Source: a virus. Taken from it: a DNA stretch of 64,000 nt. A program made the translations under genes and the position numbers. The notes beneath the pieces were generated by a model that was not told where the DNA came from, did no database searches, and was given only the letters and a program-made list of their open reading frames with translations. Location of the stretch: positions 1 through 64,000 of the IMG/VR virus record IMGVR_UViG_3300017783_000003. One strand, 5' to 3'. The number at the start of each line of letters is the position of its first letter. Position 1 is the stretch's first letter. Shown piece by piece: positions 27,533 through 37,500 of this stretch.

Positions 27533-28079
27533 CGAATTTAATTTATTATTAGAAGGAAAATTTCAGAATAAGCATCAAGCATTTTGCAACCCCAGCAAAT
27601 TTGCTTTCATTAGAATAACCCATACCAGTATCGGTGATGGATTATTTTATGGCGAACAGGCATATAATCACAATCTAAATTCTCCATACAGACAATTTGT
27701 ATTGGAACCTACAACTGAAATTTACACAGACAAAAGTGGTAAAGATTTTAAGCGAATTCGTATCCTCAACTATAATGTTTTAGAACCTCAAGAATTTAAA
27801 GGACTTAAAAATCTTGACAAACTTGACAGAAGTATGCTAGAATACAAAGATGGTTGTGATGTCATTATGCATCGAACCAAGAAAAATCATTTCACAGGAG
27901 GTTTGAAATGTAAAACATGTATGGTTGATTGGGGTGGTACTGAAACTTATCTAAACAATACTATTGAGATGCTCTATGACATGTATATGGTTGAGGATAA
28001 AGGTATAAATCCTGTAACAAACAAGCAAGTATGGGGATCGCAATACGGTAGGTTTGAATTTCGGAGAATGACTGACTAG
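27525..28079 (+). CDS. cpeT: CpeT/CpcT-type phycobiliprotein lyase
   Basis: G.F.N..QAF.NP, YGEQAY...PYRQ, GCD, C.V, D.G......QVWGS..G.FEF. Confidence 0.88.
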   Translation: MIDEFNLLLEGKFQNKHQAFCNPSKFAFIRITHTSIGDGLFYGEQAYNHNLNSPYRQFVLEPTTEIYTDKSGKDFKRIRILNYNVLEPQEFKGLKNLDKLDRSMLEYKDGCDVIMHRTKKNHFTGGLKCKTCMVDWGGTETYLNNTIEMLYDMYMVEDKGINPVTNKQVWGSQYGRFEFRRMTD

Positions 28080-28090
28080 TAATAATATTA

Positions 28091-28171
28091 GCCCAAGTGG
28101 TGGAATGGTAGACACGCAAGTCTTAGGAACTTGTGTCGAAAGACGTGAAGGTTCGAGTCCTTTCTTGGGCA
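28091..28171 (+). tRNA. trnL: tRNA-Leu(TAG), no encoded CCA
   Basis: GCCCAAG/CTTGGGC acceptor, CAAGT-CTTAGGA-ACTTG anticodon arm, GTC-GAAA-GAC variable arm, GGTTCGAGTCC. Confidence 0.94.
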
Positions 28172-28200
28172 TGGGATTCTAAATCCCTATAACAAATCGA

Positions 28201-28249
28201 TGGATTTGGAGAATTTTTCTCCACCATTTTTTTCTCAAAAAAGTCGAGG
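28201..28249. repeat. Dispersed A/T-tract intergenic element, copy 2
   Basis: Aligns with 9685-9733. Confidence 0.55.
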
Positions 28250-28257
28250 TAACGGAT

Positions 28258-28398
28258 ATGACTCTTCTATCAAAGAAAGATCATGATATGGTGATTGAGG
28301 CATTAGAAACTTTAATTTCATTTAAAACCGATGATTCTAGACCAGAATACCAAGATTTACTTATGTGGGTAAAAACTAAATCCAAAGAGGCGTTTTAA
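28258..28398 (+). CDS. 46-aa hypothetical protein between tRNAs (not in ORF track)
   Basis: MTLLSKKDHDMVIEALETL...YQDLLMWVKTKSKEAF; GAGGT SD upstream. Confidence 0.6.
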   Translation: MTLLSKKDHDMVIEALETLISFKTDDSRPEYQDLLMWVKTKSKEAF

Positions 28399-28470
28399 TC
28401 CCAAGTAGCTCAGTGGCAGAGCCGCCGACTGTTAATCGGCTGGTCGCTGGTTCAAATCCAGCCTTGGGAG
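28399..28470 (+). tRNA. trnN: tRNA-Asn(GTT), no encoded CCA
   Basis: TCCCAAG/CTTGGGA acceptor, GCCGA-CTGTTAA-TCGGC anticodon arm, GGTTCAAATCC. Confidence 0.94.
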
Positions 28471-28509
28471 TTGGCGATACTGCCAAACCAGAACCCCTTC
28501 CGTGTGACA

Positions 28510-28537
28510 CAGAACCTTCCCTTAGGGGGAGGTTTTG
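28510..28537 (+). terminator. Rho-independent terminator
   Basis: CAGAACCTTCCC-TTA-GGGGGAGGTTTTG. Confidence 0.7.
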
Positions 28538-28540
28538 TTG

Positions 28541-28548
28541 TATAAATA
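28541..28548 (+). promoter_or_regulatory. T4-type late promoter
   Basis: TATAAATA about 40 nt upstream of the giant structural gene. Confidence 0.8.
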
Positions 28549-28589
28549 CTTTGAGGAAAAAAAGTAGCGCCCAATAGGTTTCGGTAATT

Positions 28590-31500
28590 ATGGCTCTTAC
28601 AAGACTTGATAATCTGTATTCAAGTAAAACTGGTAAATATCTTTATGTCTCCCCTGACGATTTTAATGCAACAGATTCTCTTGACAACAGAGGTAATTCC
28701 CCTCTAAGACCTTTCAAGACAATCCAGAGAGCATTTATCGAGGTCGCAAGATTCTCGTATTTGCCTGGTAAAGATGATGACAGATTTGACCAGTTCAGCA
28801 TTATGCTGATGCCTGGTGATCACTATATTGATAACCGTCCTGGTATTGTAGATTTAAACAATGCTGGTCGTCAGCGTTATTTTGACTCTAGAAATTTAAT
28901 TAATGCAAACCGAACTGAAATTGTTGATCGTGCATTTGGACAAATTGTTATTGATTATGATGAATCTGCATGGGGAGTAGATTGGGTAGTTACTGGTGAT
29001 GATGTAGTTGGTCCTTCCCCAGATGCTCTGCGTAGAGGACAAGGTGCATATCGCCTTATTCAGAAAAATAGAACCGAAATTATTGATGCTGCTATTGCCG
29101 CTATTGCCGCAGCACATCCTACATTTGTATATCCAGGTGGAAATGATGTAAAGTGTCGTAGAGATACTGGATTCTTCATTGATTCTCTATCTCTTGACAT
29201 CTCTTTGGGTGGTGCAAACGTATATACTAGAAAATTCCTACAAGGTTATTTTAACGGCAATACTTGGGTAGACAATGGTCTACAAGACGAGGAAGCAGAA
29301 TCCATTACTGCTTTTGAGGCGGCAAGAGACCAGATGAAACTGGCACTCACCAACCAATTAACCTATAAAGATCTTACTCTCACTCCCGACCCTTCTACAG
29401 GTAGCAATACTAATACAGCATCCTGCTCAGGTATTCAGCAAAATATCGAAAACCTGACAACTCTTGTAACGACTTACATCAATCAGGGCAATATTGATGA
29501 TTTAGAAACTGTATCACCAGAAACAAGACCTGATGTTGGTCCTGGTGAGTCTAAGTGTAAGCGTGATATTGGTTATATTGTTGATGCTGTTGGTTCTGAC
29601 ATCGGAAACGGTGGAAATGCAAGTATCATTGCTGCAACAAAAGCATATTTTGATGGTGGTCTTCCTTTAATCAATGGTTTAGTTGGTGAAGAAGCCCAAT
29701 CTGTAATCGCATTCGCTCAAGCAGGCGAAATGATGAAAAAAGCGGTTACAAACCAACTATTTGCCAAGGATCTGACTATTTCCCCTGGTCCTGCATATTA
29801 TGGTGTTGGTAACACATTAGAGCCAAATCTTCCATCTGGCAATGGTGCTGCATGTATTGATGTTCAAAATACCATCGATACTCTCATTGCTATTATCAAC
29901 ACATCCATCTCTAATGGCAATCTAAACGAATTAGATGATTTAGAGGTTAGTGGTGATATTCCTGTATTCTACTATGATCAAGCGAAGAAAGAGTGGAATG
30001 ATCAGTCTGTTCTAGATCTCTCCAATCCTGATAACGTACTCTATAAGTTCAATGCCTCCACAGGTGGTGCTATTGTTCCTAGAGGATGTTCTTTGGTCGG
30101 TTATGACCTTCGTCGTACCATCGTACGTCCTCTCTATGTTCCTGATCCTGCAGATGGAACACAGGATAGAACAACTATCTTTAATCTCACGGGTGGTTGC
30201 TACCTCTGGCAGTTCACCATCAAAGACGGTGACTTAACCTCCAACTCTCCACTGTATGATGATGCAGCAAAAGTTGGTAAAGTATACTTCCAGAAGGGTA
30301 ATAATTCTCAGTTAGCAATTCCTGAGTATTCTCACCACAAAATCTGCATCATGGAGTATGCAGAGAATGCAGAACTCGATGCATACTACCTTAAAGTTGG
30401 TAAGTCATTCTCCTTATTCCAAGATTCTATCGATGAAGGTAATTTAGAAACTTTACCACAAGAAAATAGAATTGTCGGACCTTTGTCCGATACAAGAAAT
30501 ATCACCAAATTGAAGTTGCTTGAGCAGTATCAAGCAAATGGCAAGGATTATGTCAATATTGAAGCAACTACCAAGATTCCTCATGGTTATTTCATTGGTC
30601 AGTACATCGCTATAGTTGACAATGGACTGAATGAAGTTCTGAACGGAACATTCAAAGTCACCTATATTGACCTAGAAGACCCCCGAATCTTCCGCTATGA
30701 CGTAGAGACTACTCTACAACTTCTATCGCCCTTGGAGGTCAATGCAGAGGGTTATACGCCTTCTACAACACCAGAACTAGATCTCAACTGTAGAGCACAA
30801 GCAGAAATTGACTCTGTTGAGTCTGCTTCTCCATACGTCTTTAACTGCTCTATCCGATCCACTTGGGGTCAGTGCGGTATGTGGGCTAATGGTGCCAAAG
30901 CTACTGGATTCCGTAGCATGGTCGTAGCTCAATATACTGGGGTGAGCCTTCAAAAAGATGATAGGGCATTCATCCGTTATGATGAGTTTAGTAATACTTG
31001 GAACCAGGCATCACTAACTGATGCTTTCGCCACCACTGCTTATCACACCAAAGGTGATGCATATTGGAAGGATGACTGGAGAAACTTCCACATTCGTGCT
31101 TCTAATGATGCATTTATTCAGTGCGTCTCGGTCTTTGCTGTTGGTTTCTTCGATCACTTCCTGATGGAAAGTGGTGGAGACATGTCCATCACGAACTCAA
31201 ACTCCAACTTTGGTAATACATCACTTCATGCGATTGGTTTCAAAGGATTTGCATTCAACCAGGATAAAGGTGGTTTTGTAACAGACATCGTTCCTGTTGA
31301 AAAAATTGATGATACTGAGTTCAACTTTGAACAGAATAAGTATTACTCCCTCGCAATTCAACCAACAAAAGATCCTAACAACGACACCAGACTATATTAT
31401 GGTGCTGATAACGCATATGATCCATTCGCAAAACCAGCAACTAGCATCAGTGGTTATCGACTTGGTGCTTTAACAAATGAGAAATTATATCTCAATATCA

Positions 31501-34500
31501 AGTCTGCAGCTGGTCCTACAATTCCCTTCAATGCAACTCTAGAACCATCAGGTTTTACTAGATACGCATCTGCAATCGAATCTCTTAATCCTGATGGCAT
31601 CACCATCAACAACAATGCTCAGGATGCTGCCAATTTAATTGAAGCAAACAAAGAATTCATCCAGAAGGAAGCATACGGATACATCACATCTAAGTATCCT
31701 GCACTTTTATCTAACACTAACATTACTATTGGTAAGTGTGAAAGAGATATCGGTTACTTCGTTGATGCCGTTATTACTGACCTGAGACTGGGTGGTAATA
31801 TTAACGTCATTAAGGCAGCAGAAGGTTACTACGTTGGTGGTCAACTTGCATACATCGAAAGTGAACTGAATGAATCACTTGATGCTTATGATTATGTTAA
31901 AAATCTCTGTATCGCAGCAATGCGTAACTTTGATTATTTAATTCGTAGAGTTAGTACAGTTAACAACTCTCCAATTGTTGACATTGGCGACACCAGTGGT
32001 ATTATTGTTGGTATGCAAGCAGTTCAGTATGAATATACTACTGACAACTTTACTAACGGTAGACTTAACCCTGGTGCTACTCCAACAACAACTCAAATTC
32101 CTGCTGGTGCATATGTCAGGAGAATTATTGACTCTTCTAGAGTTGAACTTGGTGCTGCTGGCAGTTATCTGAACACAGGTCTTACTGTCAATGCTAATTC
32201 TACTGGTAATGGAGCATATATTTACTTCTCCTTACCTCAAACATCTTCACCAAGTGACAGTGTAAATGCACTTAGTGGTGTGTGGTCTTCTGTATCTGCT
32301 GTTAAAGATCCAACAGTTCTGCAAGATACCACAACTTGGGGTGACTTTGATCCTGATGGTTATCCTGAGTGTTCTGGTATTGCTACAACAATCCAAGGAT
32401 ACTTTAGAAATGTATCTCTTATCCTCAGTCAAGGTCTTACTGTTGTAAATGGTAGATATGCCGATGCTGCTAACTTAATTGAAGCAAACAAAGCATTTAT
32501 TGCTAATGAAGCACTCGAAAGAATGCTTTTAGCAAATCCAGGATTTAGTGTTCCAGGTGGAAATGTTAACTGCTTGGATGATGTTAACGGTGTTATGGAT
32601 GCGTTGATTTTCAACGTACGTTACGGCGAGAACAATAAAATTTATGAAGCAGGTGAACTGTATGTTCAAAATCCAACTGTTGTCGAAGGTGAAAGAGAAG
32701 AATCTGTAGAAGTTTACCTTAATGTGAGAAACATTGCCACTCAGGTGATGAGAAATGAGTCAGTTACAGTATCTGGTAGTCACGGATTGACTCAGATTAT
32801 TGATAACAGCGTTATTCCTGACTACAACGCAGATGGCACTCTGGCAACGCCACTTTGTCAGGATGTTGCTGGAACCATCACTACTTTGATGGCTATTGTT
32901 ACTCAGTCGATTGGTACTTCAATTCTACCTGGAAATCTTATTGGTATTACTAAGACAACTCCAGATTTTACTACCATCACTAGAGAAGAACCAACTCTAG
33001 ACACAGCAAATCTTGCTGCTAGAGCAACTCTATTCACAATTTTCGTTGATGGTGCTACCACCAACCCACACAATTTTGAAACTGGAACCCCAGTTAGACT
33101 GGTTCCAAAAGCAAAAGCGGGTACAAATCCCGACAAACGTGTTATTAGACTTCCAAAAGGTTTCGATACCAACAGTATCTATTATGTAATCGCTCCTGGA
33201 AGAAATACACAACCAGAAAATTATTCCGATTTCTCCAAATACGAAGATATCTTCAGTTCACAAGCATCAACCAAGTTAATGCTTGCATCAACTAGAGAGA
33301 ATGCTGCTGCTGGTATCTATATTTACTCTTCAGAAACAGAAGCAGTTGATTCTAATGTTGAAATTCAACTGTTCCAATATGTACTTGACAGTAAGTATGA
33401 TCTACATCAGTACACTTGTAATTTCCCATCTGGAAGAACAGATGTCATTCAAACAGATGTACCCCACATCTTTGATGTTCCTGCGTCCACAGAAACTATT
33501 CATAAGATCTTCTTCAGAACATTTGGAGAAGATAGTGAGTCTAGACTACCTTCTATTGCAGGTGCAGATCAACTAGATCCTGGTGTTTACTATTACGCAA
33601 GATACAATAGTGCTAAGACATTTAGTGTCCACACAACTATTGCAGACGCTATTGCTGGTGTACAAAATATCACATTCACACCAAATTCTGGATATAACTG
33701 GTACGTATTCTGTGATAAGCGTACATCTCCAGTTAAATTTGACGCTTCTAGAACTGATGAGGACACAAGTACTGGTCAATGGTACATGCAAGTTAAAGAT
33801 GAATCTGGTAACGCAGACAACATCCTTAACAGATACCATGAACTAGGAAGCACTCTTAAAGATAAAAGATCCAAGAACGCTTATTACACCAGACTTAAAG
33901 ATGAAAGACCTGCGGAAGATAGAATCTATCGTCTCCGTTATGTTATTCCTAAGTATGCAGAAGGTGTACGTGATCCCCTTAACGGTTTTGTCATTAAAGT
34001 AAGATCAGACACAACCAGAAAACTACTACCACAGAAGATTGTTCTAGCACCAGTTGCAACAGGATCTCCTGATGTTGCTACATTCAATATCCCTATTGTT
34101 GATGATCAAGGCAATACTATTCAACAACAATTAGGTTTAACTTCCAGTCAACTTGATCCAAGTTTCTCCTATGATCCTTACAACATCAATAGTGTTAAGG
34201 TTATTCCTAGTGATAAAACTACATCTAAGGTTTCGTTCAGTATTCAGTCTGCTCGACAAGTAACTGTTGGTTCTGATCAACGTCTAGAACTATCTGTTTT
34301 CGATCATACAATTACTAATGATGCATTAAGGAACGATACCTTCGTTACTGTTCGTATTGAAGCTCCACAAAATGATACATTTAGATCTAATTCTGGTTTA
34401 AATGAGATCACTTGGTCTGGTAATTCTACTGGTTCTGGTCTTGTTCAGGCATATTTAACTGTCCCTGGAACAGATCTTCATTATCTCATCATCAGAAACA

Positions 34501-37500
34501 TTTCTGGTAACATTTCATACAACAATCTGATCGATACTACATTCTATCAGACTCTACTAGATGCAAACAATGATCCTGTTATTGATCCAGCAACTGGTAA
34601 TGAACAGCAAATCTTTGCTAAACTGGTCAAGAAACAAAATAGTGTTGGTTCTGAAGACGAATCTTTAAGTAAGTCTATTAAGGCAGACTATCTCTACAGC
34701 AATAAACTTGCTAATGTTCTCACCATGACTCCTGGTGATATCATTGAAGATGACACTAATACTTCTTATCGTATTATCTCAGTCGAAGATGCTGGAGAAA
34801 TCGAAGATAGTTTCTACATCTTTGATATTGATGAAATCCAGAGACGTATTCCTAATCAGCAGGAAGGTGTCTATTATCTAACATGTCTGCGTGGTAATAT
34901 TTCACCATTCCCAACTGGTGCTGGTGTTGGTCAGAACTTCAGAAACTTTAAGTTCTCTCAACCAATTTCTCAACTATATCCTCTCAATTACAAGAATGAT
35001 CCTTTATGGTTCCAGGTTGTTGACAACAATGGATCTAGAGATGAAACTATTCTTGATGTTCCACCTACAATTTGTGCTGCTGATAACTACATTCACGGTC
35101 TTGTTACAACTAACGACTATAAGAACAGTGAAACTAAGGAAGTTATTCTTGATCTGATTCAGAACCCTGCTCTTGCACGTTATGAGTATGGAAGTACAAT
35201 CAAAGCACAAGCAGGTAACGCTACTTCTGGTTCTGAAGATCGTAAGATCTCTATCTCTGGTGACTCTCCATATCCTACAGAGAACAAACTCTACGTCGAA
35301 CTGCGTCGTCCTTCTATTGCTAGATCTGGTAACCACACATTTGAGTATCTTGGATTCGGTCCTGGTAACTACTCAACTGGTTTCCCCCTACGTCAGGAAG
35401 TCGTCTTAGAAGACCTTCAGGACTTCTATGCTCAAAGTAAGAAAGAAGATGGTGGTATCGTCTTCTACACGGGTCTGAACTCCAACGGCGACCTTTATAT
35501 TGGTAACCGTAAGATCAACGCTATTACAGGCGAAGAGACATTCCTTGAGCAAGCAAGACTTAATGACTCCGATGATGAAGGTGGAGATCTCGGAAACCTT
35601 GTTACAACGTTTGAACTACCTGTTGTATTTGAAAAAGAAATTACCGTTGATGGTGATGCAGTATTCAATAATCCTGTATCAATCAATGTAGAACCAAATG
35701 AAGGCAATGCTCTAACTATCTTCTCTAACATTGACACCAATGCTGGTGATGATGGAACTTTAGATAGCAACAAATTTGCATTGAGTAACATACCTTCGGA
35801 AGGTAATATTACTCTAAGCAAGAACAGAATTTATTCTGCTATCTACGCATTAAATCCAAGAGGTAGTGATCTAGCATCAGGTCAAAATTATTCTATTAGA
35901 ACTCATGTTGATCAGTCAAATGGCGATCAACCATCTAATATCCAACCTGATCAATCCGATACAATTGGCAAAGCGGTATCATTTGGTTCCGACTTACCAA
36001 TTTCTGGTGATATTCTATTCAAAGGTAGAGAAGTTAACAGAACTGGTTCTCTTGGTTGGATCTTTGCCAACTATTATAGTGTTGTAAGTAATGATTTCTT
36101 GAGTGTACAGGTTATCAGTGCATTCCAGATTGAATTCACTACTATTACAGGAACTACTCTAGATGCTCTATCTGGAAACGTCAGTATTACTGCTGGTGGT
36201 GAAGTAAGATTGACTTCATTTGGTGGAGATTTAGAACCCATTAATGGTGTACGTAGAGTATTCAGTGTTGCTTCTGATAACAGATCGTTCATCGTTCAGT
36301 CTCCTGTAGAGATTAGTCCTAGTGCTATTCTCACAATGCCAGGTGCTCAATCTAATCCTGATAATCCAACAGCAGTTCTTGAAGTAGGCACTCTACAATG
36401 GAAAGAGTTTGGTGTACTTGGTGCTGAAGCACTTAGAACTAATACTAATGATGATGGTATCTATTCTCTTGGTGTTAACACTCTTGCCCGTGCGGAGCAT
36501 AGTGATGCAAACAATGCATTTACTTCAGATGCTACTACCCCTAGAGCAACTTTAGATGTTGTTGGTAACACATGGATCAGTGGTAAGTCTCTTGATGCAA
36601 ATAATTGGACTGCTAATCCTTCACTGGTAAACAGAACATTCAATGGAATTTCTGAAGCCTTCATGGTTGGTGGTGATAGCACAACATCGGCAAATGTAGC
36701 AACCCTAAGAGTTTCTACACTAGATGATCGTGTTGGTATTAATGCAACTGCTCCTCAACTTGATAGAACTTTGGTTGTGTACGGTGATGCAAGAATCACC
36801 AGCAATTTAAGACTTCAATCAAATATGGAATTAAATGGTGGTAATCTAACCACCACTTCAACTTCCTTTAACTTAGCAACAACCAATGCATTATCTGCTG
36901 TAGCATTTAGTGTAGCAACTAACATTGCTATTGGTAACTCTGCTGTTACTGCACAAACATTCACATTTGGTTTCAATGCACCAGAGCAGGAAATCAACTT
37001 CGCTTCATTCTCACCAACCACAAGATTCAATGTACACACAGGTGCAGAGACTTCCTTCATTAAAATGGGTCTGGTTGGTAATGATCAGACACCAACTACA
37101 GCTGCTCCTAAGATTAGTGTTGTTGAATTTGGTGGTGGTTATCTAAATGATGGTGATAGTCTACTAACAGGTTCTGTATTCAAAATTTACAACAGATATA
37201 CAGAAGTAGATGGAGATTTGAGAATTGGTTCTAGATTTGACCCTGGTTCTGGCACTGCTAAACTTAATTCTAACGCAAGAGTTGTTGAGATGTTCTCACT
37301 CAACACTTCTAGATTAAGCATTGGTGCTAGTGCTGGTGACCTAGAGTTTGGTGCTAAAGGTGGTACAACTACTATCAATAACTCTTTGGTTGTTGAAGCA
37401 AATGGAACTGTTAAAGGTGACTTTACTCACTCTGGTGGTCTTAACACTGGTCAATATTCAATTAGAAGAGGTTCGTTCTCTACACCTACATTAAGTCATG

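Noticed and set aside
26586-28172. Minus-strand ORFs 26586-26774 and 27951-28172
   Set aside because: They are antisense translations of tRNA genes (GLEPAR, GLEPSRL artefacts).
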